From Azolla caroliniana (Eukaryota; Plantae; Polypodiophyta), in assembly GCA_043228905.1 (NCBI GenBank), contig JBHGNT010000006.1, positions 17,484,001 to 17,548,000 of the forward strand: a stretch of 64,000 bases of DNA. Direction: 5' to 3'. The notes under the pieces are model-generated. The model made no database searches. It was not told where the DNA came from and saw only the letters and a program-made list of their open reading frames with translations. The stretch's first letter is position 1. Each line of letters opens with the position of its first letter. Shown here in pieces: positions 10,249 to 22,358 of the stretch. The position numbers and the translations under genes were made by a program.

Positions 10249-13200
10249 TGTTGAAGACAAGGCCGTCAATGCGGAAGATCAAGTAGCATTCGATTGGGGT
10301 TGAGTACCTGCGTATGACAGTTTCCAAGATCGTGCACAGAGATAGAGAGAGAGAGAGAGAGAGGAGGCACGCAAGACTCTTTCTATTCAATAGAAACAAT
10401 AATACAACCAACCTTACAAAAAGGTTACTAGGTCACTTTATATAGTGACCGACTTAGGGCAACTACCATTTATGCTAATTACACAAATGGCCCAAACTTG
10501 AGCTATACAAAGGGATAGTGTGAATACGTCCATTATACACTTGTATTCGACACTCCCCCGTAATGGGCGTATACATGGGTTATCTAAGATTACAGGTATA
10601 AACCTAGGTTCTCGGACATATCAGTTTTTGTTCGAGTCGGCAGGGTCCGAAGGCAGAAGACCGAACTGGTCGGGTCGGAAGAGTTGAAGCCGATCATTAA
10701 GGAACTGATGTCGGTTGTCCGAAACCATCCTGCGCTGTGTCCGGCTCTAACCGGACTGGTTTGTCGTTACGCCCATCTGATGCCGAAGGGACCGAAAGCG
10801 GTCTGCCGAAAGACACTTGGTCATTCCATCTGCGACATTGTCGGTTGTGGATATTTTCTCTAGACCGATTTTCCCTGAAATGACGCAGTCCCGAACGAAG
10901 TGATATCGAACGTCGATAAGTTTGGAGGTGTTGTGGTGAACCGGATTTTTCGACAAGGCAACAGCACCTTGACTGTCGCTATAGACAACTGGGGCCGAGT
11001 CATGGTCGACTTGTCGAAATGTGTGCGCCAGCCGGCCGAGCCACAAAGCTTCTTTTGCAGCGTCGGACGCAGCTACATATTCTGCTTCGGTCGTTGAGGT
11101 CGCTGTGCACTCCTGAAGTTTCGACTTCCACGAAATTGCTCCATTGCCGAATTTGAAGCAGTATCCAGTTGTTGATTTCCGACTATCTATACAGCCGGCG
11201 AAGTCCGAGTCGGTGTAACCGACTACGCCTGAGGTTGAGTTCGGACCGAAAAGAATGCCGTGGTCTTTTGTGCCAACCAGATATCTGAACACATGCTTGA
11301 CTGCGTTCCAATGCGATCGGCCAGGATTGTGCATAAATCTGCTAACGACTCCTACGGCATGAGAGATATCAGGCCGTGTCGCGACCATCAGGTACATAAG
11401 GGAGCCGACTGCCGGTGCATACGGTACCGACTTCATATCTTCCCCCTCCTGACCGGATGTCGGGCAGTCTCGCTGAGAGAGCCGAAGATTCATGGGGAGC
11501 GGGGTTGAAGCAGATTTGGCTGATTGCATGTTGAAGCGTTCCAAGACACGTCCGATATAGTCGGTCTGAGACAAAAAAAGATGTCGTTTATCGCGATGCC
11601 GACTAATCTTCATGCCAAGTATGTGTCGTGCCGGACCGAGGTCCTTCATGGCAAACTTGAACCGCAATTGCCGAATGAGATCGGCAAGTTCGCCCGCGTG
11701 GCGTCCAGAAATTAGCATGTCGTCCACGTAAATGATGAGGAAGATGGGTGATCCATCTTGAGCTGTGTTGGTAAAAAGACAATGGTCCTCATCGCTTTTT
11801 GAGAAGCCGATCGATTGGATGAAGTCGTCGAACTTCTTGTACCATTGTCGCGGTGCCTGTTTGAGGCCGTATAGACTCTTCCTGAGTCGGCAGACTAGAT
11901 GTTCTTGGCCATTTGCCACGAAGCCTTTTGGCTGCTCCATATAAATTTCCTCTGCAAGATCACCATGGAGGAAGGCTGTTTTGACATGTAGCTGAATCAG
12001 CTCCAAGTTGTCGGCTGCCACTACGCCGAGTAGAAAACGAAGGGTTGTCATTTTCACCACTGGTGAAAAAATCTCGTCGAAGTCGACGCCATATTCTTGT
12101 CGGAAGCCCTTCGCAACTAATCTGGCCTTGTACTTTGGGGTGGTCGAATCAGACGTCTCTTTTAGTCGATAAACCCACTTGCAAGGAAGAGCACGTCGAT
12201 TCTTAGGTAATTCGACCAGATCCCAAGTCTTGTTTGCCCGAATGGAGTGCATTTCCGACTCCATCGCCAGATGCCAGGTGGCTGAATCGACAGATGTCGA
12301 TGCTTCTTCGTAAGACGTCGGTTCGCCGGCGTCGGTGAAGAAAATTCCAGGAGAATACCTCTCCGGAGGTTGCGACAGTCTTTCGGATCGTCGAGGTATG
12401 ATTGGACTGGTCGTATCGGGTATCGAGGTCGGATGGTCCGAAAGCGAATTATTCTGCTGTGCCGAGTCAGAGTTGTCCGAGTCGGTAGTGTAAGGTTCAG
12501 CTACCCGTGAAGCTGACCGTGTGTTAAGAGCGGGGCTTTCTTGAAGGGTCGGCACGTCGGAAAATGTTACCCTTCGGACTTCGATCGGTGTTTCGACTGA
12601 TGGATTCATAGCCGACTCGTTGAACACAACGTCCGAACTTCGAACGATTTGTCTGCGTTCGGGGTCCCAGAGTCGGTATCCCATTTCGCCGTCTGATCCA
12701 TATCCAAGGAAAATGCATTTCCTGGACCGAGGTGCAAGTTTTCGGCGATCATCTTTCGGAATAAGGGCGTACGCCTCGCATCCGAAGATCCTCAGCTTGT
12801 CGTAATTCGGCTTACTGCCGATCCATAGTTCCTGAGGAATTTGAAGTCCTAGAGGTCTGCTTGGCGACATATTGATTATGTGTACTGCCGTGAGTAGAGC
12901 CTCTGCCCAGAAGCCATCCGACAGTCCGGAGTGTTGGAGCATGGAAACTATCCGTTCTTGGATTGTCTGATTCATGCGTTCTGCAATCCCGTTTTGCTCC
13001 GGACTGTGTGGTGCCGTAAATTCACGTCGGATGCCGCGTTGTCGGCAGAATTTGACGAATTCTTCTGATTTGAACTCTCCCCCATTGTCTGTCCGAAAGC
13101 ATTTCAGTTTTCGGTCAGTTTGATTTTCTACCATGGCGAGCCAATCGGAGAAGATCGAGAAGACACGATCTTTGGTGCGAATTGGATAAGCCCACACCTT

Positions 13201-15621
13201 TCGAGTCGAATCGTCAATAAAACTGACGAAGTAAGAGGCACCACCGAGAGACTGATGCGGAATTGGGCCACAGACGTCCGAGTGGACTAAATCGAGAGGT
13301 CTCGTTTCTCTTGGTGCTGATGTCGGGTGTGATGCGGCTGCTTGTTTGCCATACTGGCAATGTTCGCCGAATTGATGGTCCGAGAAGGAGAGTTTAGGGA
13401 TGTATCCGGCTCTAGATAGGTGCGTAATGCCGGCCTTGCTGAGGTGTCCTAATCTTCTGTGCCATAGTGATGACACAGGAATATCCACCAAAAACAGGTT
13501 ACCCTCTCTGAGCATAACATGTAACGGATACAGTGAGTGTATCTTGGGTCCTCTAACAAGCAGGAGGTTCCCCCTGTGGAGTGTCCACCCTCCCGAAGAA
13601 AAACCGGCACGAATGCCGTCTTCATCTAGTTGTCCGACTGAGATCAATGGCCTTGAGAGCTCGGGTACATGTCGGACATTGTGAAGTACAAGTGTAGAGC
13701 CACCTGCAAGGTTGAGCTCTACTGTGCCGATTCCAATGATGTCACAGTGTTGCGAGTTGCCGACTCGAACTGAGTCAGAGTGACGGATCGTATATTGCCG
13801 AAATTGGGATCGATGAGGAGTCACGTGAAATGACGCGCCCGAATCTAAGAGCCATGTGCTCGATTCTTCAGTCGTGAGCAGAACTTCTGATCCGACTGGA
13901 TTTTCGATTGATAGTATATTCGGGTCGTTTGGTAGCACATCAGCTGAGAAGCTGACGTAATTGATCTCCTCATGCCGGCCACTCTTCTTGTCTGATTTCT
14001 GAGACTTGTCGTTCTTGTTCTTGAGTGTGCAGCAGTCGGCTTTGATGTGTCCGGGTTTCTTGCAATAGTTGCAGATTCGATTATCCCGTGACTGGCTCCG
14101 TCTTCGCTGATTGTTCGGCTGCCGTGAGGAATCTCTTCCCCGTATGTTCGATCGGTCTGTCGAACCTTGTACTACATAAGCGTCGTCTGTTGAGTCTTTG
14201 GCGAAAGACTTTCTCCGAGCTGCTTCGGTCAGGATTGCGCTCGTGACTTCGGAGTATTTAACAGCCGTGGTTGACGCGTTGCACACGGTTGTGACGAAAG
14301 TTTCCCATGATGAGGGAAGGCTGCTCATGAGTATCATTGCTCTGAGTTCATCCTCGATTGCCGTCCCCTGAGATGAGATTTGGGAGCTTATGCTTTCGTA
14401 CTCATTGAGATGTGCTTGAACCGAATCTGATTCTTTCATCCGCAAGTTGTAGAGGCGCCGGATCAGAAACATCTTCGTTGCAGCGACCTTCTTTTCGTAG
14501 GTGTCCGACAGTGTTTTCCACAGTTCGAATGTTGTCGTACACGATTGCACCGTAAAGTATACCGATTCCGATAGGTGCATCCGAATCGTGGCGCGGACGA
14601 TTCTGTCCAGCTTCTGCCACTCAATTGGTTTGTATCCTTCTGGAGGTGCTTCATTTTCGATGGGATCGATTTGCCCCTTGACTATGAGATAGTCCTGCAT
14701 TTGCTCCTTCCAGAAGTTGAAGTTCGATCCATCGAACTTTCGTAGACTCATTTCTGACGAGCCGGATGTTGATGTCATGACTCTGCCCTAAGTCGGCTAT
14801 GAACTTTGGTGAGGTGCAGCGGTTTGGCCCACTCAGTGTAGTTCTAGCCGAAGTTGGACACAAGTGATGTTGATTACGGAGAATCGGGGATTTGGTTCGG
14901 ATTGACTACCGACAACTGTCTTAGTCGAGTTGAACCTCGATTTAGCGATCCGACAGTACTTCAAGCCGATTCGGTTTCGGTTGACTGCAACGGTGAGAGC
15001 AATGGAACCGACTGGTCCTTCCGATTATTGTCCAATCGAATGAAACGCGAACTGGGGTTGTCCTTGAAGTCGTCGTTGTGCAGGAAGCCCACCTCAAGCA
15101 GTTACGATCAAGGAAGTAGAGTACAGTCGACTGGCTTACTCCGAGTGATGATCTAACGCAGCGAGATTCAAGCTTGTGTTTGCCTACTTTCTTCTCTGTT
15201 TCTTCGAATGACTGGAGAAACCGAATGCTTTGCAGACTAGGATGAAGCGAAAGGCCGAATACTGTGCAGGCTGTGATGACGGCCGACAGCGGGTTGAGGA
15301 ACCTTGCTCTGATACCAAATGTTGAAGACAAGGCCATCAATGCGGAAGATCAAGTAGCATTCGATTGGGGTTGAGTACCTGCGTATGACAGTTTCCAAGA
15401 TCGTGCCCAGAGATAGAGAGAGAGAGAGAGAGGAGGCACACAAGACTCTTTCTATTCAATAGAAACAATAATACAACCAACCTTACAAAAAGGTTACTAG
15501 GTCACTTTATATAGTGACCGACTTAGGGCAACTACCATTTATGCTAATTACACAAATGGCCCGAACTTGAGCTATACAAAGGGATAGTGTGAATACGTCC
15601 ATTATACACTTGTATTCGACA
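10249..15621 (-). mobile_element. Full-length Copia family B element (B1), TSD TGCTC
   Basis: LTRs 10249-10552 and 15320-15621 (~4 substitutions plus a GA indel); PBS TGGTATCAGAGC 15306-15317; PPT at 10553; tgctc at 10244-10248 and 15622-15626. Confidence 0.97.
10747..14778 (-). CDS. Copia Gag-Pol polyprotein, 1343 aa (Gag-CCHC-PR-INT-RT-RH), with point lesions in catalytic/structural residues
   Basis: CNYCKKPGHIKADC, WLLDSGASFH, LVHSDVCGP..RTDNGGEF..NGIAER, YVDDML, YTDSDFAG..TEAEY; QLHVK replaces QLDVK; FGEHC replaces FCEHC. Confidence 0.95.
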   Translation of the reverse strand: MTSTSGSSEMSLRKFDGSNFNFWKEQMQDYLIVKGQIDPIENEAPPEGYKPIEWQKLDRIVRATIRMHLSESVYFTVQSCTTTFELWKTLSDTYEKKVAATKMFLIRRLYNLRMKESDSVQAHLNEYESISSQISSQGTAIEDELRAMILMSSLPSSWETFVTTVCNASTTAVKYSEVTSAILTEAARRKSFAKDSTDDAYVVQGSTDRSNIRGRDSSRQPNNQRRRSQSRDNRICNYCKKPGHIKADCCTLKNKNDKSQKSDKKSGRHEEINYVSFSADVLPNDPNILSIENPVGSEVLLTTEESSTWLLDSGASFHVTPHRSQFRQYTIRHSDSVRVGNSQHCDIIGIGTVELNLAGGSTLVLHNVRHVPELSRPLISVGQLDEDGIRAGFSSGGWTLHRGNLLLVRGPKIHSLYPLHVMLREGNLFLVDIPVSSLWHRRLGHLSKAGITHLSRAGYIPKLSFSDHQFGEHCQYGKQAAASHPTSAPRETRPLDLVHSDVCGPIPHQSLGGASYFVSFIDDSTRKVWAYPIRTKDRVFSIFSDWLAMVENQTDRKLKCFRTDNGGEFKSEEFVKFCRQRGIRREFTAPHSPEQNGIAERMNQTIQERIVSMLQHSGLSDGFWAEALLTAVHIINMSPSRPLGLQIPQELWIGSKPNYDKLRIFGCEAYALIPKDDRRKLAPRSRKCIFLGYGSDGEMGYRLWDPERRQIVRSSDVVFNESAMNPSVETPIEVRRVTFSDVPTLQESPALNTRSASRVAEPYTTDSDNSDSAQQNNSLSDHPTSIPDTTSPIIPRRSERLSQPPERYSPGIFFTDAGEPTSYEEASTSVDSATWHLAMESEMHSIRANKTWDLVELPKNRRALPCKWVYRLKETSDSTTPKYKARLVAKGFRQEYGVDFDEIFSPVVKMTTLRFLLGVVAADNLELIQLHVKTAFLHGDLAEEIYMEQPKGFVANGQEHLVCRLRKSLYGLKQAPRQWYKKFDDFIQSIGFSKSDEDHCLFTNTAQDGSPIFLIIYVDDMLISGRHAGELADLIRQLRFKFAMKDLGPARHILGMKISRHRDKRHLFLSQTDYIGRVLERFNMQSAKSASTPLPMNLRLSQRDCPTSGQEGEDMKSVPYAPAVGSLMYLMVATRPDISHAVGVVSRFMHNPGRSHWNAVKHVFRYLVGTKDHGILFGPNSTSGVVGYTDSDFAGCIDSRKSTTGYCFKFGNGAISWKSKLQECTATSTTEAEYVAASDAAKEALWLGRLAHTFRQVDHDSAPVVYSDSQGAVALSKNPVHHNTSKLIDVRYHFVRDCVISGKIGLEKISTTDNVADGMTKCLSADRFRSLRHQMGVTTNQSG

Positions 15622-18503
15622 TGCTCCGTCGAAATTAGACTCTTCACTTTTCATCCAGCAAGGTTGGAACAGGTCGGTTAGTATTTTACTTTATGTTGAT
15701 GATTTAGTCATCACCGACGCCGACCTCGACGATATCGGCCAGGTAAAGTCCCAGCTTGCGGCCTTATTTGATATCAAGGATCTTGGGGACCTTCATTACT
15801 TCCTTGGGATCAAAGTGATCCGCACCCCAGAGGGCATACTGATTCTTGAGTATTTGTTGAGTATCCTCTTAAAATTTGGTATGACGGAATGCAAATCCAT
15901 CTTGATTCCTTTGGATCAGAATGTGAAGCTTCACCCCAACTCCGGAATGGCATTCGACCCGAAAAGCTTCCGACAGATAGTCTGAAGCTTTATCTATCTG
16001 ACCATCACCCGAGGGGACCTGAGTTATCCGGTCGGCTTGATTAGTCAATTCATGGCGCATCCGACCATGGAGCACGTTCAATGTGCACACCGAATACTGA
16101 GGTATATTAGCGGCACTAAGGACCGGGGGTTGTTGTATCGAGATGGTGTAGCTGAACAACTTGTCAGCTATACGGATGCCGATTTATTAGCCGAGACCGA
16201 ACGTAGGGGGAACCACCAGAACGAAGAACCCAACCCAAAGTCAACCAAACAAGGGGGAGACAAAACCGGGAAGTCCAAGACACGGACATGGTCCAATGTC
16301 ATGAAGGGTTAGAAGATTGAGGACGAGTTGGAGACAGCCAATTCGGACAAGTGTTGGAACGAATTCAAGGCAACCGATTCTGAAGAAGAATTCGATTCGA
16401 AGGAGCCGGATCAACTGAAGCCCAAACGGACAAGAAGGCAGCGGAAGTCAACACCAACACGGAGGAACCGACGGGTCGAGAAGCGCCAAAGTCATAACAT
16501 CAGAGGAGCTGAGATGGGCCTTATGAGTAGACAAGCCGACCGAGAAGGTCAAGGTGCGTGGAACTAGATGGGTCATGGAAAGTGGAACCAGATCGATCGA
16601 GGGGCGCGAGCAAGGCGGGAAGATGCCAGGTGGAGCCGGAGAAGAGGACCAGCTACCACAGACACAAACATTGCGATCCAACCTCGAGTTGAGCTTGAGG
16701 GGGGTGTTCTACGGACAAACTCAACTGCATCTGGATCGGTGTCCAGATAGTATCTGGAACCAGGAGCCAGATCGGATTGTAACTAGATCACACAACGATT
16801 GTGTCGGATGGGGTTTGTTGCGTCAAAGTCAAATTCTTCGCTCTTCATGTAGCAAGCTCGGAACGGGCCGGTTAGTATTTTACTTTATGTTGATGATTTA
16901 GTCATCGCCGACACCAACCTAGACGAAATCGATGGCGTCAAGTCCGAACTCGCAGCATCATTTAACATGAAGGATCTTGGGAACCTTCAATACTTCCTCT
17001 GGATTGAAGTGATCCACCTTGGGAAGGCATATTGATCAGTCAACCCCACTATGTGTTGAGTATGATCTTCAAATTCGGTATGATGGAATCTGGATATGCA
17101 TTTTTACTTGGAAGTGTCATGATCAATTTCATCTAGCACTGTCGAGCATGGACGCCGAGTATTGAGTAGCGACTGGCGCAACGTGCGAAGCCATATGGCT
17201 CAAGAGGCTCCTAAAGGATCAACTAGTGGTGGTGTCTGATCCAACGGCGATCTATTGCGACATCCTCAACATCATCTAGCTGGCTAAGAATCCTATCTTT
17301 CACGCTCAGACAAAGCATATCGAGGTCCACTACCATTTTGTCCGTGAGCGCGTTCTCTCCGGTGAAGTTGAACTCTTGCATATGCCTACAGGTCGGCAGA
17401 TTGCCGATATTTTCACCAAACCCCTAGGCTTAGACAAGTTGTGGTAATTATTCGGAGCACTAGGTGTGTAGTACCTCTATATGCCGAACTTGAGGGAGAG
17501 AAACAAGTAAAATGACAAAGAAGTCGGGGTGCACGGGTCGGCTCAAGAAGCCACGACTGGACATAGGGGGAGCCACTAGAACGGAAAGCCCAAGCTAGAG
17601 CCAACCAAAAAAGAAGGAGGCAAAGCCGGAAAGACCGAGACATGGACATGGGCAGAAATGAATCGGAGACAATGGATTTGGTCAAGGGTAGAAATGAATT
17701 AGATGTATCCGATTCAATCAAAATGTTCGATTCGAGGATCCGAATCTATGATGGGCCAAGTGGACAAAAAGGCAGTTGAAGACGACGCTGAGACCGAGAA
17801 GCCAACAGGTTGAGGGGCACCAACACCATGATAGCAAGAGGCCTGGTAAGGCCCGAAGGAGCAGACAAGATGACTGAGAAGGTCGAGATGTGCGGAACGG
17901 GACGTGTCGCGGCAAGCCGAACCGAACCGGATGAGGAGCACAAGCCAAGCGAGAGGATGCTAGGGAGATTCGGAGGAGAGGACCAGCTACCACAGACACA
18001 GACACTACGATCCAACCTCAAGTTGAGCTTGAGGGGGAGTGTTGAGCCGATTGGTTCAACCGGATCTGGATCGGCTAAATAAGCTAGAGCCAGATCAATA
18101 TCCGGAATGGAGAACCAGCTTAGGTATCCGGATCGGTCTCCGTAATCATCAGCCGGACCATACTCTGGAATCATACTCTGGAATAGTGAGAACCGGTAGG
18201 CCGATGGAGCCTATGGTTCGAGCCTAGTGCGTAGGCATATTCCTTGGAGTTAGTGACGGTCGCTCGTATGAGCATTGAAGTACTTGTTAGTACTTCTGTC
18301 AGTCCTTTTAAGGACGTGTATAAAAAGTGTTATGTAGGACATAGTATGTACCGAGTGTTATTATCTTTGAATTGAGTTTCTACTGTTTTGCTCTCTCTGT
18401 CTCTCCCATGTATTCAAGCCTTCCATTAAACCTTCATTCTATTTTGCTGTTGTTATCCGGCTTAGCCGGTTTGTCTACTGGCTTCCGCACAATATCTTTC
18501 ACA

Positions 18504-18732
18504 ACATAGAATGGGCGAAAGAACAGGTGAAAGAGGCGCGGATGAAGAACAAAGGATGGTTCGACCGAACCCACCGATTGAGATCGAGAAAGATCGAGGA
18601 AGGTGACTGGGTGCTGGTCTACGACAATAGCCTTGACAACTAGCACCGGTCGACCCGGAAGTTTGCGAGGCGGTGGTTCAGGCCATATGTAGTGACAAAC
18701 ACTGAAGACAATGCAATGTATCACCTTGCGGA
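18504..18732 (+). pseudogene. Phygy-like Gypsy integrase C-terminal fragment (host of Copia A1)
   Basis: Translates EARMKNKGWFD..KIEEGDWVLVYDNSLDN..RKFARRWF, homologous to ORF 55404-56405. Confidence 0.8.
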
Positions 18733-19420
18733 GTGCGAAAGCGGAGCTAGATGTGCGTGAACGACAATGCGCAAGGGTGCATATGAACGAGGGCTTATGT
18801 ATATAAATTTTATGTGTCTGTAAAAATATATTAATCCTTGGGTACTTTAAATGTGTCGAATGTGAGGAGGAATGGTAGCGCGTTTGGCAAAAGATCATGG
18901 AAACACCGAGTCAATTGAAACAGGTTATATGTCGCAATTTAAGATTAGTCCGTCTAAAAAAGGCAGAAAGTAGGTCATTTCACAAAAAGGATCATCGCAT
19001 GCGTAAAGGGTTTTGGAAATTGAATCAAAATATATTGATTTATACCATGTCCAAAAGTTTAGGGCTTTCATAAAATGCCCCTAATAATCGACACGTGAAA
19101 TTTACAAGAAAACATACAAAAATTACAAAATGACTAACATGTATATTTGTGAATCGCCATATTGATGTAACATACAATATTTACATTTCATATATGAGAT
19201 CCGTCACTTCCTAGAGATACGCCTTCCTCTTCACACCCACCCGATGAACTAGAATAGCTTTGTGAGGTCTCATACTCATCATCACTACCAATCAATGCAT
19301 TTTCTTCATCCAATTGCAATCCAACGTCGTTGTGATTATGAGACATACTCCTTGTTCGTCTCTGTGTTGCGTCAACAAGCACATCTGGGATAGATAGATT
19401 ATATTATTGTTGTTGGGCTG
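18733..19420 (-). other. Unassigned segment, possibly the 3' end of a DNA-transposon or other ORF with an acidic tail
   Basis: Short acidic ORF 19188-19382 followed by AT-rich UTR-like sequence; no diagnostic motif. Confidence 0.25.
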
Positions 19421-19443
19421 GGGGGTGAAGCCTAGAATGGCTT

Positions 19444-22358
19444 CACCCCCTCCCAAGGGGTTTACGATAGAGAGAGAGAAGGAGAGAGTTAAAATAAGAA
19501 TGACACCAAAATAAGAGGGGAAAAGTGTATATCTCATTACATGCCCATAAGGGGTTTATATAATACATTCAATGTAACGGCTACATGACCGTTATAAATA
19601 AGACCGTTACACATTATTGTACACATGCACATAATTGTGCATGTGTCCATACACATACTCACACACTCATTTACTTTACACATACACATCAACCACATCA
19701 TTACACCTACCCTTATGCCTCCCCGTATATTCTTACGGGTAGGGTAACACATGGCACGCTTGTGGGACAGTGCATTGCACAGTGAACCCACTCGCCATGG
19801 CAACTCTTCTCGACCGGAACTCCATTGGTCATCTCAATGGTCGGAAATCCCTCGACCAGATCACTGCTCTACTATCGATAACTTCGATCGGAGCTTTGCT
19901 TAACTCAAACCTTCTCGTTCGGTTAGCACAAGTCGCGATTGGATCATACACCAATTGGTTAGTTCAATGTGGCATGGGTCGTGAAATTGTGTTGTGCATT
20001 TGTGTATTTTTTCTTTCATCATGTGAGTTGTGTTTTCGAAATTTCATGATTTGTACCACTTATTTTTTGAAATTCTAGTTTTTACCCTCATGTTTTTAGA
20101 TTTTTATTTTCTGCCCTCCGGTTTTGGAAATCTTCTCTTCTACCCTCGAGCTTCTAAAATTTGATTGTGTGCACTTGATTTCATGCAAATTTTCATTGTG
20201 TACCCTTCTCTTCTTTCGTTTCCTCTCTTCACCTTCTTTTTCTCTTGTCCTCTTTTTTTACTTCTCTCTTCTTTGCGTCTGACTTCGTTTTTCTCCTGAT
20301 TCTGATTTTTCTTCGTTCTTCTTTTATCTGCATTCTTCTTCCTCCTATGTCCTCTTTATCCCTTCCTTTCCCCTACTTTGCTTCCCTGTTTCCATCTTGT
20401 TCTCCTCTTTTTCCTTCTCTTTTCTTTCTTTCGTTTCTTCTTCACTTTCATCTGTTTCTCCTTCTTTAGCCATGGTAGAGCTCGATGGAGCTCTCTCTCT
20501 ACTCTGTCTTGGTCTGTGTTTGTGTCTGTGTCTATGTCTGTTTAGGTCGTTTATGTTCGTCGGCCGTCGGTCGTGCCTATCCGTTGGTCATCTGTCGACC
20601 GTCGACTGTCGCCGTCGCCGGCTGTCCGACGGCCATCTCTCAGTTCGGCCGGCTGAGTCGTCGGTGGTCGTGTCTGTTCGGCCAATGTCTTTTTGGACGT
20701 CTCTCTTGGGTGGCTGTTTGGCCATACTCTCGGCCACGCATCTCGGCCGTCGTTTTTCGGTCATCACTTGGCTGTACTCTCGGCCATCCGTCTCCGAGAC
20801 CGCGTGTCTCGGCTGTACTCTGGGCCACGTGTCTCCACCGTCTTCTCAGCCGCTCATCTGGACCGTGCTTTCGGCTGCGCATCTCGGCTATGCTCTTTGC
20901 CGCGCGTCTTGGCCGTCGTTTCTCGGCCATCACTTGGCCGTACTCTCGGTCTAGCCGGTTATATGACCACCTAGCCGGACCGGCTGTCCGGTTGGTTGTT
21001 GGCACCGACTGTCGCCGTCTATCTGTTAGCCGCCGCTCCTGGCCGTACTCTCGGTCTAGCCGGTTATATGACCACCTAGCCGGACCGGCTGTCCGGTTGG
21101 TTGTTGGCACCGACTGTCGCCGTCTATCTGTTAGCCGCCGCACTTGGCCGTACTCTCGGTCTAGCCGGTTATATGACCACCTAGCCGGACCGGCTGTCCG
21201 GTTGGTTGTTGGCACCGACTGTCGCCGTCTATCTGTTAGCCGCCGCTCCTGGCCAGTCCAGGTCCATCCGTTGTACATCGGTCGTCCGTATCCGGTGTCA
21301 TCTATGATTGCTAGACACCGGTTTTCTGGCTGTCTGTAGGCCTTTTTCATTCGTCGGTCGTCTCTCAGCCGATACTCGGTTGTTGGCCATCCCTGAACCC
21401 TGGCATGTTGTCAAACCTCACAATGAGTGCATACATTTCTCTATTGATAGAATAACATGTGCTTCATCATGTCCACTGATAGGAGATACGCCGCACACCC
21501 TATGCAATAGATGTTGAAGGCCTTGTAATTTGATCCCATTTTGTACTTGTTGATTACCACAGGTGAGAGTGACAGAGGCAATAGTTAGTTGCCCACAATA
21601 GCACAAGGATGAAGGCCGCCATGTTCACACCTAGATACTGCCCTCATTTTTGTAAAAGGCATAGGTCCGATTAGGAAAGAGTTCATCTTTTCTGCATTAG
21701 TGCTGAAGACGAGGCCATTGACATTGATTACAACACAAGAATAGAGGAAAAGGAGTGGGATATACCATGGGTCTGAAAGATTGAGTCTGTCTCCTTCTGA
21801 GATGACCAAAATACAACTTGTGGTAGCAACGTGTTGCAGCAAGGTAAAATGATCTTGCATGTTGATCTTCAAAGCGAGAAGAGAACCGGTAAGGGGGTGT
21901 AGGTAGTTGGATGAGATGATGATCCGAGACGATGACAATTAGAATCACAATAGTAGCTTGCTTTTGTCATAGTTAATGATGAAGCAAAATCAGAAATCAT
22001 TTTTGAAGAGGATTAACACACATATGCGGGACAAAAACCTTCTGCTCCCTGATCACACTAAACAACCAAGACCAAGCACGAAGTTTAGGGTTATGGGAAA
22101 GAGAAATAGATAGACTTCCTCTTAAGGGGTACTGTGGAGATCTCCATCATAGTTTGGCTGTCACACAAAGAGACCACGTACAAACCACACTCTCCAACAC
22201 AGATACAGATAGACACCCCCCTCCCAAGGGGGTTACAATAGAGAGAGAGAAGGAGAGAGTGAAAATAAGAATGACACCAAAATAAGAGGGAAAAAGTGTA
22301 TATCTCATTACATGCCCATAAGGGGTTTATATAATACATTCAATGTAACGGTCACATG
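19444..22358 (+). mobile_element. Non-autonomous Tat/Ogre-like LTR element without gag-pol; both LTRs truncated
   Basis: ~143-bp direct repeat 19444-19586 / 22214-22358; PBS TGGCACGCTTGTGGGAC 19752-19768 (tRNA-Arg-like); PPT-like aaggggtac then TGTGG at 22133; pyrimidine-rich leader. Confidence 0.7.
20935..21254. repeat. Tandem array, 3 x 105 bp, near-identical, preceded by degenerate ctcggcc-rich repeats
   Basis: tggccgtactctcggtctagccgg... starts at 20935, 21040 and 21145, with a partial restart at 21250. Confidence 0.95.

Larger units (their letters stand above)
2217..16784 (+). mobile_element. Decayed Copia family A element (A2) nested in the RT of A1
   Basis: 5' LTR 2217-2626; mutated Met-i PBS tagtatcagagc 2627-2638; gag, protease (WYVNSGTSNHM), INT, RT remnants; PPT then truncated LTR 16705-~16784. 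Confidence 0.75.
770..18503 (+). mobile_element. Decayed Copia family A element (A1), 3' part; host of several nested insertions
   Basis: INT-RT linker/RT remnants at 770-819 and 1515-2216; RT/RNaseH resume at ~16786-17500; PPT ttgagggggag then 3' LTR 18040-18503. Confidence 0.75.

Noticed and set aside
20245-20560. Hydrophobic membrane-protein ORFs
   Set aside because: Products of a CT-rich low-complexity leader.
20935-21254. CRISPR-like array
   Set aside because: Head-to-tail units with no unique spacers, no cas genes, eukaryotic TE context.
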